Shown here: piece after piece, positions 38,646-51,219 of the stretch | Numbering within the stretch: the stretch's first letter is position 1 | How the letters are laid out: every line of letters starts with the position of its first letter | Assembly (NCBI GenBank): GCA_950097015.1 | Contig: CATNEN010000027.1 | Span: 124,001-188,000, forward strand | Length of the DNA: 64,000 bases | From: Macrostomum hystrix | Taxonomy: Eukaryota; Animalia; Platyhelminthes | Direction: 5' to 3' | Made by a program: the position numbers and the translations under genes | Notes under the pieces: generated by a model | Database searches by the model: none | What the model was told of the DNA's origin: nothing | The model's input: only the letters and a program-made list of their open reading frames with translations

Positions 38646-38690
38646 CATCCGCCATTTGTCTTTACCCTCATTCTGGCCCTCTTATTTTAG

Positions 38691-39105
38691 CCTGGCGCTG
38701 CCGCCATCAGCCTACAGTATTCGCATTGATATCATCAGTTGTCATAGCAACGACGGCGTCAATGCTTCTGGCGCGGCCTGCGTTGGCCAATTTCTGGCAC
38801 GCGTTTCAGCTGGCTCGCCTTCCGATTTGAAATACGAGAGATTCGCTTCCTATCAAGCCAACAAGCCGATGGCAGAGTCTGCGGCGTCTCTGTTGTTCTC
38901 CGACCATCTGTCACCTCTATCAGACGCCACATATCTGTCGCTGTCTTTGCCATTCAAACGGCTACCAATGAATCTGAGATTTTCTGTGCACGTGCATCAG
39001 AGTTGTGGAACGCTAGGTGTCTTCGCCTCCATGCTTGCTTCTAACTTTATCAAGGCTGACAAGTCTAAAATGCCCGTCTGCGAGCTGTATCCAATGAATC
39101 AACAG
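38691..39105 (+). CDS. TMEM8: TMEM8/PGAP6-like exon
   Basis: ttattttag|...LALPPSAYSIRIDIISC...PVCELYPMNQQ|gtaagc; phase 2-0. Confidence 0.8.
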
Positions 39106-39388
39106 GTAAGCGAAATAGGCCAGTATGAAACGGCTACGAGCACTCCATATTTATTAGGTCCAAAGAAGCATCACGAAACGCAAACAAGATTGCTTACAAG
39201 ATAGTAGGCAAGAAGAAAAGCTTAGACGACGAGAATAACCAGATGATACCTGGACTAGTACGTTAAGCCCCAAAAGGACTAGGTGGTCCTAGAAAATGCC
39301 AGGAAGCCAAGGGAATCCCAAAGAGTGCTTGAGAATCCTGAGTAGCGCTAGGAAATCCTAATGACTTTCGCCTTCACCATCACTACAG

Positions 39389-39720
39389 AGGTACAGTTTC
39401 AACGGCTGGATAAACCTGAATCCGACTAGTCCAAGCGCCTCTAGGGGTATTCTGTGGATCTCCTCCCTAGCACCGACTGTCATTCCTTTCAATCTGATGC
39501 ACATTGTCGACTCGCGTGTTTACCTGGTGATTGACATCAGAGCCGTAAGCGACCAGGTCACGCTGGATTTCTGCCTTAGCCGGCGACTCAGCCTCAAATT
39601 TAGCACCGCCGACTGCGAGTTGAGATTTGATCTGCGAGGGCAGACCCCACTGCATAGAATCATGCCGCATCCGCCTGCCGGTGTCTGGTATCTGGCCATT
39701 GCTAACCGGCGCTCCTCTAG
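39389..39720 (+). CDS. TMEM8: TMEM8/PGAP6-like exon
   Basis: cactacag|RYSFNGW...FNLMHIVDSRVYL...PHPPAGVWYLAI..SSR|gtccgt; PxPxxGxWYL motif. Confidence 0.8.
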
Positions 39721-39789
39721 GTCCGTAAATAGGACTGGTGGCTTGGGTGGGGGCAGTAGATGGAAGGTGGGAAAGGGACAGTAGATCGA

Positions 39790-40345
39790 GGGCGGGGAAG
39801 AGACTATAAATGGAGGGTGGGGAAGAGACTATAAATGGAGGGTGGGGAAGAGACTATAAATGGAGGGTGGGGAAGAGACTATAAATGGAGGGTGGGGAAG
39901 AGACTATAAATGGAGGGTGGGGAAGAGACTATAAATGGAGGGTGGGGAAGAGACTATAAATGGAGGGTGGGGAAGAGACTATAAATGGAGGGTGGGGAAG
40001 AGACTATAAATGGAGGGTGGGGAAGAGACTATAAATGGAGGGTGGGCAAGAGACTATAAATGGAGGGTGGGGAAGAGACTATAAATGGAGGGTGGGGAAG
40101 AGACTATAAATGGAGGGTGGGGAAGGGACAGTAGACTTAGGGTGGGGAAGGGACAGTAGACTGAGGGTGGGGAAGGGACAGTAGACTGAGGGTGGGGAAG
40201 GGACAGTAGACTGAGGGTGGGGAAGGGACAGTAGACTGAGGGTGGGGAAGGGACAGTAGACTGAGGGTGGGGAAGGGACAGTAGACTGAGGGTGGGGAAG
40301 GGACAGTAGACTGAGGGTGGGGAACGGACAGTAGACTGAGGGTGG
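39790..40345. repeat. Two related 25-bp G-rich arrays
   Basis: GGAGGGTGGGGAAGAGACTATAAAT, then CTGAGGGTGGGGAAGGGACAGTAGA. Confidence 0.93.
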
Positions 40346-40426
40346 GGAAGAGCTAGTCAATGTTAGTATGGGTCTGTCGCACTTCTTTCTATGTGTATCA
40401 AAAAGTGTGAGACCCTTGTTGCACAG

Positions 40427-40718
40427 GGCGGAGATTACGCTTTATATCAGCACCCGGGACTGTCCGGCTCAGTGCTCAAAAGGCGGCAGGTGTGAGGTGG
40501 AAAACGTGCATGCATTCCCGGTGCATGTCTGTCGCTGCTATGACGGATTCGCAGGCGACATGTGTGAAGGCCGGGTGGCAGTCAGCCCGGACCCTCTGAC
40601 CGCCCTGCTGCTGCTCTGCCTCAGTAACCTCGCCTTCCTGCCCACTGTGGCGCTGGCCTGCCGTCGCGGCCTTCTTGTTGAGGCGCTCATCTACTGCATG
40701 GCTATGCTGGCCTCCGCG
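40427..40718 (+). CDS. TMEM8: TMEM8/PGAP6-like exon (EGF-like domain, TM1-2)
   Basis: CPAQCSKGGRC...CRCYDGFAGDMC followed by LLLCLSNLAFLP...EALIYCMAMLASA|gtgagt. Confidence 0.92.
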
Positions 40719-40998
40719 GTGAGTGGTTCCCAATACATCTGCCCCATTTTCTCAGTCAGCCTTTTTCATACAAGTGCTTAGTCTGGCATAAGCGGAGCGG
40801 TTAGTATGGACTGCGATGAAACTCAATTTTTTTTCAAAGTCTGGCTAATTTACAGACTTACTCAATTCTAAAATAAGTCCATATGATTCATATTAATTAC
40901 TCATGCCTCGACTAAAATATTGAGGAATGGTTGCATGTGTTTGTTATATCAAATCCTACGCCCGTTAATTTTACTGGCGTATGACACTTTCACTGTAG

Positions 40999-41262
40999 TT
41001 TTACCACGCCTGCGATAATAACTACGCCAGACAATTGTGCGTCCTGCCATTTGATACACTCGGCAAATTGGACTTTCTTGGCGCTTTCCTGAGCCTTTGG
41101 ATGACGCTGCTTCTGCTAGTTGAGCTGACTCAGCCCCTGAAGCAGTTGGTACAGATGGCCGGCTCGCTATTTCTCATGATTGGCGTGATGATTAATCGCA
41201 CCAGCTTTGTCATCATTGCTGTACCGCTGGGAATCGGTTTTCTGGGATTGACAATGTCCTGG
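40999..41262 (+). CDS. TMEM8: TMEM8/PGAP6-like exon (FYHACD, TM3-5)
   Basis: ctgtag|FYHACD...LCVLPFDTLGKLDFLGAFLSLWMT; signature of the TMEM8/myomaker (CREST) family. Confidence 0.93.
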
Positions 41263-41623
41263 GTGAGTACAGCTTCCATCGAGTCCTTGCCAGGGAACAC
41301 TTCCCGAAAGCTTTTATTGAATTAACAGATTATGGCTTGATGGAATCTAAAGACATTCTAGGAAACCTCCGTTTGTTTGCGTGGCCTCAATGCCACGCCC
41401 AGCCTCAATGTCCCCAGCTACCCCGGCAATCAAACACTCGGCCTTTATGTCGTAAGTCCGACCCTCTATCTAATAGGCTATAAACCCGCAGTCTTTCTTA
41501 ACCTATTGATTTCATACAACCTTACTGGAAGTTTTCACCAAAAGTCCGGGTTCCCCCTTCATCTGTTTTTGCTCTAATCTCCATTGCTTGTGAAAGAATC
41601 GATTTTTAACATCCGGTTGGCAG

Positions 41624-42175
41624 AGCTGTCACTGCTACACGAAGCGGCGCTGCTATCCGCCTCGGCGGCTCCTACTAACCAGCCTGCTACCCGGCGGCAT
41701 TCTCGCTCTCTCCGGTTTCGCCATGTTCGCCCTGTTGGACACTAGAGCCAATTACTATCTGGTGCACTCTGGCTGGCACTGCTGCGTTGCATTCGCCATA
41801 CTGTTCCTGCTGCTGCCTCGGGAAGGGCTTAGATTCTTGCCACGCAGCCGCAACGGCAGCAACGCCGGTGGCAGTGGAAATAAATGCGTCATGAACTGTG
41901 GAGTCGATCGCTGCTTCATACTAAACAGCCCAGAAAGCGGCGACAACAACAGGGCCCAACATGGTGGGATCAAAGGCGATGTGGAATACTCGGCCCTGCC
42001 CATGGCGCCGAACGGAGCCTTTTCTAGTCGCGAGGGCGTTCTTCAGAACGGCTGTTCGCCTACACCGGAATCAGCTATGTCGTTTTCTGAACAGGAGGCG
42101 GACGAAGAAGAGACCGTAATCGCTGGAAAATTCAACGCACAGGGGACGGTCGGCCTGGATGTCAGTCGAGAGTGA
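41624..42175 (+). CDS. TMEM8: TMEM8/PGAP6-like last exon (TM6-7, tail)
   Basis: ggcag|SCHCYTKRRCYPP...LLPGG...NYYLVHSGWHCC; stop TGA at 42175. Confidence 0.9.
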   Translation, partial: SCHCYTKRRCYPPRRLLLTSLLPGGILALSGFAMFALLDTRANYYLVHSGWHCCVAFAILFLLLPREGLRFLPRSRNGSNAGGSGNKCVMNCGVDRCFILNSPESGDNNRAQHGGIKGDVEYSALPMAPNGAFSSREGVLQNGCSPTPESAMSFSEQEADEEETVIAGKFNAQGTVGLDVSRE

Positions 42176-42736
42176 CGTTACTAAATCTGTTGCTAGTATT
42201 AGTTAATGTGAGTACGTCTGTTCTTGGGCACAGCTATTTTCGGCCAATGAACAATGGACTAATAACTATATACAATCACCCAGCCGAGATAAAATCAGTT
42301 TTTTTTTCTTCAAAAAATCGTTTTTTATGTTAAATCTCCACAATATTACACTCTCCGCTAAAAAAAACCTCACATCCCAACATTTCTAATAGTTAACGCA
42401 AACTCTATACCGTTAAAATAAACACCAATTCCATGTTCTGTTTCAGAATGCAGCTCAATTTTCTTTTAAATAACCAAGACGTCAAGGTTTCGTTGCATTG
42501 TTAAGTTAATTTTTCACAAGCGAAGTTTAACTCGGTTAAAAATATGTATTTTTTCTTACAATTCAGTTTTGAGTGTACAAGCATCTGTGGAAGAACTAAT
42601 CTCCACAGCACCCGAGTGGCACAGTTATTATCGGGAGAAAATATACCACAATTTTCCGTTTGTATCCGATTTTTCCGATGTAAAACTGCTTTGCGGGCAT
42701 TAATGGCAAAGGGTATTATAGCTTTTTGCGTTCTAT

Positions 42737-43060
42737 TTGGGACAGCGGGCTTCAATTTGGACATGGGTTAGAAACCCGCTCATTCCACTCAGCCCTGCAG
42801 TCTGTCTATGGTAGAAAAGGTACACGCGGGCTTTCTATTTGGGACAGCGGGCTTCAATTTGGACATGGGTTAGAAACCCGCTCATTCCACTCAGCCCTGC
42901 AGTCTGTCTATGGTAGAAAAGGTACACGCGGGCTTTCTATTTGGGACAGCGGGCTTCAATTTGGACATGGGTTAGAAACCCGCTCATTCCACTCAGCCCT
43001 GCAGTCTGTCTATGGTAGAAAAGGTACACGCGGGCTTTCTATTTGGGACAGCGGGCATTC
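42737..43060. repeat. 102-bp unit triplicated
   Basis: Three apparently identical copies; seen as a 34-aa repeat in ORF 42726..43085. Confidence 0.93.
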
Positions 43061-43178
43061 AATTTGGACAAATGAATGTTCATAGGGGGAACGCATAAGT
43101 GTACATAGGGCAGGCACAACGCGAGATTTCACCCATGTCTATGGCAGAACCTACTTTTTAATTTCCTTCTGTCTAGCA

Positions 43179-43330
43179 GTGAACCCTGTTATTTTTAAAA
43201 TATCAAGAGAGAGACGGGATCTCATCATTGCGGCTTGGCAGCGTGGAGAGTTCGTGGCGAGCATTACTCGGATGCTTAATGTCACGCGGACTTCTGTGTA
43301 CAACATCTACTACGTTTTCACCTTTAAGGG
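43179..43330 (+). mobile_element. Tc1/mariner-like N-terminal HTH remnant
   Basis: ISRERRDLIIAAWQRGEFVASITRMLNVTRTSVYNIY resembles a transposase helix-turn-helix; no DDE domain follows. Confidence 0.4.
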
Positions 43331-45599
43331 AAGAAGGTATTCTCTGCACAAGAATATGATCAGCAAATTCTTCAACGAGTTATATGATTAGGCTCTAAAA
43401 GTAAACAATGGAATTGCTATAACCGCATTACAGTATAAGACTCTATATCCCATGTTTGGTGCTCGACAGATGCTCACAGATAAAAGTCCTATGAGCACTG
43501 TAACAAATATTGAAAGGCATGCCGCTGATAACATTGACTTGCATATAACTTATGCATTCGAAAGAAAATAAAAATAAACATGATTAATAATAGTTCATCA
43601 AGCAAATAAAAGAATGGCACTCAATCAATTCTCGAAATGAAGCTGAAGACAAAATCAACAAGCCTTCTTAATATATAATGTATACGCTTTTCAAGTGCAG
43701 ATGTCTGAGCTCTAAACAGCTAAGAAGTTAGAACTCTTGATATTATAGCTTTGTAAAACAAGTAAGACTAATGTGATACGAGACAACACTATAATTAAAA
43801 CAATAAATTTAGCCGGGCCTGCATTGTCATGGTGGACAAGGTAGAGCTTCTCACCTGACTGGCGCTTCTGGTTATCCGCCTTGAGTACTGTGGCGCAATA
43901 GCAGTCATCGTAAATTCAAGTAAGTTTAACCTAACACACAATGTTATTATGATAGAATAATAATTAAACTGATCACCGAAATGTCAAAATTGCACCAACT
44001 AGCATAGTTAGTATGCTTAAGTACTCCTTTGACATTGCCACTGACGAAGATCGGCTTTATACAAGATATTGGTCGCGTGGCTTCCGTGCACTGCAAACAG
44101 CTCGCAGCATATAATAATTAATAAAATAATAGCAGCACCATATAACACATGCGCAGTCCAATAATAACAAAAAATTTTGCTTAGCTTTCACCAAGGACCT
44201 AATTAGCTTAGCTTACCTTACCTTAGCTTGCTTAGCTTTCAACTGTGTTATACTGCAGTGGTCCTTGGCTTTCACACAGCTTCATAACAACTGCTCATTT
44301 GCAACTACAACTTTGTAACCAGCAATTTTTTAATTGGCTGCACAACACATTGAACCGTACTTGTTCGTTAGCAAAAAGTATACTACAGTTGATGACTCAA
44401 GAATCCAGTTAAATGATGCGAAATTAAATTTACACCGTCATTCTTAACAACTTGATGTTTTCTACTTTTCTCATAAAGTTTTAGAGTTTGAGCACTGGCT
44501 GAGAAAGAAATGCCACCCAGATCCCCTAAATGAACCTGCTTCTGCAGTCACTATAAATCATGTGTATTCGTCATATTTGTTCCTGATCAATCCAAAATTT
44601 GTACATTGCCTGTCGGAACCGTACTTGTTCCGACAGGCAAAGCAAAGCCTGTCAAAGCAACCAACTTGTCTGTTGAGTTTATAGGAGCTTTGAACGTAGT
44701 TTTTTCCGAAAACAACCAAACAAACAAAACTTATTAGAGAAGTTATATCCTTAAAACCTATTTAAAAATCCTATTATGCACCTAATGCTAAATCGTATTC
44801 GTATCCGCGCATACAAAAAAGTAAAACTTGCAAGAATTATACTGGTTTGAATTTCTGACCGAAAAATCTTCTTGTAGAACTTATTGTAAGTACATGTAGT
44901 CGTGTCGTGTGTTGTAGCTTCAAGCTTCAATCTGTTACATCTTTGGATTTTACAGTTTTTTGTGATTTTAGGGTATACCTAATATTCAGAATATTATACA
45001 ATTGTAAATAGTTCTAAGCTTTAAGAGCTGTTAGCCTTATTATACTACCTGCGTAATCTGCGATTACACGAGAAAAAAATCTTTTTTTTACACGACAAAG
45101 CGGCAGCAATAAGGCCTTGCAAGCTATCTATGCGTGCGTATTTGTTTATGTAAAATAAAATAATAAAATAAGTTAACTTATTCAGTTCGGTACTTCATAC
45201 CTTCATGCTTTGCATACTTCTGAATGTATAGGCTAGCTAATATTGTAGGAAGTGCTTATTCCCACAGTCCCGTGCCAAAACAAAACAACTATTTTTTATT
45301 AATATTTTTTAGTTATAGTGGGTAGTCCTAGGCTTTTTGCTCTGCAATGCTACTATAGTTTATATAAACACAGAAATAGACTGCAGTGGACTGCAATGCA
45401 TAAGTCATACATTTTGCAATCTTATATATAGGCCTACACATAGAAGAGATACCATTTGCCCCCAAATTTTTAAGTCATAAATAGGCCCTATTGCTTTAGT
45501 TTTTGGGAGAGAATCTCATCTAGCTTATAAATTATCAATAATAAATAAATGACAATACCTGCCCCAAGCCCAATTAAGCCTGATATGCAGACAACAGCA

Positions 45600-45852
45600 T
45601 AAGTCCAGCTATTGCAGGAGGTATTTGAAGGTTGTAAAAGGCTGTTCAGTCTATAGATGGACTAGGGGGATGCCACACCACCTTCAATTATCCTAGCTAA
45701 TGCTGGTATCCATTTTATAGTTAGGTAAACTAGAGTAATGCAGAGTTAAGTGTCTTACTAAAGGGCATATTTTTTTCCAGTGGAGTTAAGAATAGAACCT
45801 TTGACCTTCAAGTCATAAGTCCAAGGCTCTAACCACAAAGCTACCATCTCTA
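45600..45852 (-). mobile_element. SINE family B, diverged copy
   Basis: Homologous head, central domain and tail. Confidence 0.6.
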
Positions 45853-47099
45853 CTAGGCCTATGCATCATTACTATAGATTTTGGTAGTACCACAGGTCAA
45901 CAGATTTTGGTGGTTTTGAATTTTTTTAGAAAGAAGTGACAAGGATACACATTTCATCAAGAGCAGAAGTCAGGCCTTGCTGTGGCCTGTGGAAATGCAA
46001 ATAATGTTTGATCATAAAGTTTCTCCCATAGAAATTAAAGAGAAAAAGTACTGTAAATTTAAAGTGCCACTGTGTTATCACTTAAATTGCTATTAATATT
46101 TGCATACATTGTGCAAAGAAAGTCAGCTTCAGATTTTTTCCAAATAGTATAAGCAATTTGTTAGTCAATGGTACACATGACTAATATATCCATATGTATA
46201 TCAAGGACAATAACTTGTAGAAGTATATTCTAGAGAACATGAAATGTGAATTTTAGTTTAAGAATCCACTTATTATTTTTTTATTTTAAGACTAATTTGT
46301 TACTGGCCATATACATGTTAATTGTGGCCACTGCTATTAAGCCTAATTATACCTTGCAACATAAAATAGGTCAACTAACATGCTTGTCATTTTAGGCTAG
46401 AAAATGTGTTTTGTATTATCTATATCTTTACTTCAAGTGACAGCGACTAACAAAGTGAAGCGAGTTGAAGCTTACATGTACTGACAAACCTTAGGTAGGT
46501 ACAGTTGTGGAGAGCCGCAGGGGGAAAGAGAGTACAGCATTTTAGAAAAGAGAGACACATTCAGAGTGAGGACAAACCAATCGCCTAACCAAAAGTCACT
46601 ACAATCTATATGTTTTTTTAATAAAATAGCTTGCTATAAAAAATAGACAGTTTATTGTTTGTCTATCTTGCTATATAAAAAGTTTTGTTTTCTTATCCGA
46701 ATACTATTGTGATAAAATGCTGCAATTGGAGTTTATTTATTTATTTTTTATGTATGCACTTTTAAATAGGTGCTGACATTTTTATATTTTACTTTTTATC
46801 AAAATGACAAGTAACATCAAATCAAAGAGAAGTATGAAAAAGCAAGAAGAAAACAGAAAACAAAAGGTTTTCATGGTGAGAAATCAAAATAAGTACTTAA
46901 ATATCAAACTAGTTCTTAAGAATAAAATGACATTATTTGGTATTGTCAATATTGTGTTGCTGTATTATTGAAGTATATTTTATATATTGTATTATCATTG
47001 CTTCATCATGCCACAGGGAAGTATAAATATAGTCAAGGTAGCTGTGTACTTTCTTGGTATTTTTCTGTCAGTTCTTTACTTTATTGTACTATTAGATAT

Positions 47100-47460
47100 A
47101 TGCATTTGTCAACTTCAGTTAGATTTCGAAAGTTTGGCACAGAGGCCAATATCTCTTGTAAAAATGTCTCCCTGCTTGAACTGTAAGGACTCCAGCAACA
47201 CTAAAAAATGGGCATTGTTTTCCACTTCTGAACAACACTCTGCAAATCCTATCATCATGAGCACTTCTAGGTCTTACTGTCCATAATGTTTCACATGATA
47301 AATTTTGATTTCTCAGACAAAATTTGGATGGGATGCTCCTACTTTTGGGGCATAGGAAATGCAAATATATCTCTGTAGTAAAGTATTTCTTAAACTTATA
47401 GTAGAAATTCTCAACCCTTTGTCTCCAGAATCTTGTAAATTCAGCTTCAAAGTTCATACT
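47100..47460 (-). mobile_element. Possible degenerate LINE (CR1/L2-like) ORF2 3' remnant
   Basis: Stop-interrupted frame with LRIS...DLEV...CCSEVENNAHFL, resembling the C-terminal EVEDExHFL motif. Weak. Confidence 0.25.
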
Positions 47461-48371
47461 GTGTCAATTTATAGATCTGTTTTTGAGGTCAGGAGACAGT
47501 TTTGCATCACTTTGGTGTTCACTTTTGCCTTGATGACAGCCAGTGCTTACACAGCCAGTGTAAGCAGAATCAGTTACTAATTACAAGATAATAGAGTCTT
47601 GTCAATTAGAGAGTGAAGCCCAGTACTGAATACTTCTTTTCTGTATGTTGTAAAGAAGAGGGAGCCTATCCAGTTCTGAACAAGAGCTATTGCTGTAAAA
47701 AAATTGTTTCGTTCACCTGGAGAATGGCTTTATAATTCCTAAAATTTATTATTTTAATTAGGCTTCTGTCCCATGGTCCAAGACATAAAGGCCTTCATAA
47801 TATAGTTAATTACAAGGTCAATATAGGATTGGCTACTTGTATATATAAATATACATATTTATAGTAAATTTCATTCAAGTCTTAATGATTATACCTATGG
47901 TTAATCAATTGACTGAGGTCAATCAGTGAATTCAATTCGTGTATTTTTTCTAGTCAGCAGTGTTACATAAAAATGCAGTCAAACAATTGTAATGAGTGTC
48001 TTTAGTTAGATTAGAGTTGCCGGTTATTTAGTTATTAGTTGTGAGTACCTTAATAGGCCCAAGCAAGTGCTAAAATACAAATAAATTAGCTTTAAAGTGA
48101 TTTATTTGTGATCCTCATTTATTAATTGCATGTATTTTTATGTAATCTATATCACGAAGCTATTAACAACAGAAGTATTCATATATATTTGTAATGCTAC
48201 ACTATTATGAGACCCGATTCGAGTACTCACTTTCTATAAGAGTTTTCAACCTTATATATAGTTTTAAAATGTAACAGTTTTTCTATTTGCTGGAAACTAA
48301 GTAAAAATCGACTAGATATGTAATTAAATCAGTAATATTTAGAGTCACATATTGAACCACAATTTTGGCTA

Positions 48372-48863
48372 CTAGTCTTTCTCATTAAGCAGCGCAGTGA
48401 GTCTGGCTACTTCTGCTTGAAGTCTAGAAATCTCATCGTCCTTGGCGCCAATCAGGCTGTGACAGTGACAGTCGCAGCTGCGGCGCGGTGTTAGCTCCGG
48501 CGTCCGGTCGTCTAGAACACCGCTGCCGCAAGAGCCTTCGCCTTTTGCTCCAGCTTCTCCCCCTCCTCCTCCTTCATTGTCTATGGGAATGAACTCGGCC
48601 TGATCAAGTTCAGCCGCTAGCCAACTCGGGCAGGTGTCTGTGTTGCTCAAATCAGCCCGGTTAGAATTGGCTCCGCCACCGTCCACGCTGTCATAGATGC
48701 AGTCAGCGCCAAGTTTGGGCGACGAAACTTGTTCATCGTCGGCTGGAAGCGATGACAGGTCGTCTAGAGTGGAGCCGCCGCTAGCCGATGCAGAGACTGC
48801 GGCTGCACTGGCCCCAGCTTGGGTTCGACCCACACCTCGCCGGACTGTGCGCTGCTCCAGTAC
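48372..48863 (-). CDS. NEK9: NEK9-like kinase, exon 3 (C-terminal tail, coiled coil)
   Basis: atatag|VLEQRTVRR...DTCPSWLAAELDQAEFIPI, resembling the NEK9 tail motif. Total 882 aa. Confidence 0.88.
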   Translation of the reverse strand, partial: VLEQRTVRRGVGRTQAGASAAAVSASASGGSTLDDLSSLPADDEQVSSPKLGADCIYDSVDGGGANSNRADLSNTDTCPSWLAAELDQAEFIPIDNEGGGGGEAGAKGEGSCGSGVLDDRTPELTPRRSCDCHCHSLIGAKDDEISRLQAEVARLTALLNEKD

Positions 48864-48961
48864 CTATATAATTATTTTGTAAATTTTGAGTTTAATTTAG
48901 TCCATAGACGGTCTTGTTATGCTTCTAAAGCCTAAGATTCTTAGAGAGCAGCATGACTTAC

Positions 48962-50978
48962 TCTCTCGGCAATCATTAGAGTGTGCCAATGCCTGCTAGA
49001 TATATCGGCTACCAGATGCAGCGAGCCAAAAATTGGTCTGGGCGTCGACACACAAGCAGCTGCGGACGCTCTGTTCATGTTGAGCAGACTGGCCGCTTGT
49101 AGTTCGATGCCTAGCCGGCCATTGTCGGCCCGACCCCAGCTGTAGATGTGATTGTCTGTAGTACAGGCCACTGTGAATCCGTCTCCGCAGGCCACTCGCA
49201 AAAAACGTTTTCCACCGCAGGCTCGGCCAATGTTGAAAATGCCATTGCGATGTCGCAATTCGCCAAGGCCGAGTTCTCCCACGCGATTAGAACCGAACAT
49301 TAGCAGCTGGTTGCAGTCATCTATAGCCGCTGTGTGGAATCGGCCGCAGCTTAGCTGTCTCACACGATACTTTGTCAGCGGCTTTACCACCTTAAATGTG
49401 TGCATACAAGGCGTATCAAAGCTGCAAGTCGAATTAGCCGCCGTTAATCCTTTAGCTACGCTGTTAAAGCCTAGCTTGTTGTTTTCGTTGCTGCCGCAGG
49501 CCAGGACTCGGCCGCCGTCAGTCAGTAAAAAGCTGCCATCTGAGCCGCAGCAGGCACTAACAATCAGTTGTTTTTTTACTGGCAGACTGACTGGCTGCGG
49601 GGTGTCGTAGTCGTCCTCGCTGTTAAGCCCGAGACGGCCGAATTCACCGCAGCCCCAGGCAAACACCTCCGATTGGCGCGTCACGACAACAACGTGTGCG
49701 TCTCCGCATGCAACACGTTTAACTTCTAGGCCGACGAAGAAAGGTATTGGCACTGGTTCTAGCACCTGGTCCGAGTCTCCCATCTCCTCCTCAAGCTGTT
49801 CCCTGGGCACGCCGAGACATCCATGGTAATTTGAACCACACGTGTACAGTTGACCTTCGACACTGCGCAGCACAGTAAAGTCGTCGCCGCAACGCGCCTC
49901 TTCAATTGGTACGCCGACCAGTTTTGCTACCTTTTTCGGCGCCCGATAAGATGCCAAGTCGCCGTGACCCAGCTGGCCGCTGAGCTTTGTGGTACCTTGC
50001 ACATTGCACCAGGTGAATACCTCGCGCTCTATGGTCACAACTGCCATGTGCTGACTTCCTGTAGCCACCTGAAGTGCACTATTCTGCCGTTCGAACTGCT
50101 CAATCTTGATCGGAGTCTGTTTTCCACCACCCCAATAGAACACTTCGGTCGTCTTGGCAGTCACCACAGGCGTTGTATCTGTCCCGGCACTCGACGGCCT
50201 AGCCAATCGGCTTTGCTGTTGAAGTTCACGAACTCGCGATCGCATCTTATCACGGTCGGTAAATAAACCATCTTGTGTGAGAATTGCGCTTGTTGACGGC
50301 CTGGCCTCGGGCTCTTTGCTGAGTGTTGCGCTGAGCAATGCTTTAAGCTGTGTCGAATAGCTTCCATCCACTAAGGATACATTAATCTCCGTGTGAACTA
50401 TGTTCTGAGCCAATTTTAATTGATTTGTTGCATCAAATGCCCGCTTCAGAGTGAGCAGTTCAAACAGCACACAGCCTAGAGCCCAAATGTCGCTCTTATA
50501 GTCGTAAGGCTTGCCCTGAACTAGCTCGGGTGACATGTAGTACGGAGTTCCCTGGCATGTCTCGGCCATTTGATCGCTGCCGAGTACCTTGGCTATGCCA
50601 AAATCACCTAGTTTAATGAGACCCGCCTTAGTTAGAAAGATGTTTAAGGTCTTGATGTCCCTGTGAAGTATTCCGGCTTCGTGGATGTGCTGAATGGCAG
50701 TAGTCAGCTGAAAGAAGTACCAGATTACAGTCTCCTCTTTGAGCAGAGAAGCACACTGGCCAAGAAAGTGATAAAGGGACCCTCCGTTAGCGTACTCCAT
50801 TTCAATAAGCAGTACGCTGCCGTCGAAGAAATGGTTATAGTAGGCCACTATGTTTGGATGGTCCAGCATGTGTAGCACATCAATTTCATTTTGTGCTTCA
50901 CGTCTTCGTCTCTCGTCTAGTCCGGTCAAGTTAATCATCTTCCATACAACTAGTTGCTCTTCGTTCTCCTCAGTTTTT
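48962..50978 (-). CDS. NEK9: NEK9-like kinase, exon 2 (kinase domain and RCC1 repeats)
   Basis: HRDIKTLNIFLTK, KLGDFG and GTPYYMSPE, followed by RCC1 repeats; ends IAER|gtaagt. Confidence 0.95.
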
Positions 50979-51079
50979 CTGAAAGTTTTACAACATGGAG
51001 AAAGTTCATTTGGGTATCGTTTGATATTGTTTTCTTCGATGATGCCAAGAGCTGCTTTTAGAAATAGCTAATTTATTAC

Positions 51080-51219
51080 CTATAGAGCCAAGCTTCTCCA
51101 AAGGCTCCCTTGCCCAAGCAACTAATCGGTATGTAAGATGACTCCTGCTGATTGCTGCTTGCTGACTGCGATTCGCTGCCACTTGCCAACGAAAGATCCA
51201 TTCCGCTGTTGTCTTCCAT
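51080..51219 (-). CDS. NEK9: NEK9-like kinase, exon 1
   Basis: MEDNSG...YIPISCLGKGAFGEAWLYR|gtaata; glycine-rich loop as in NEK9. Confidence 0.88.
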
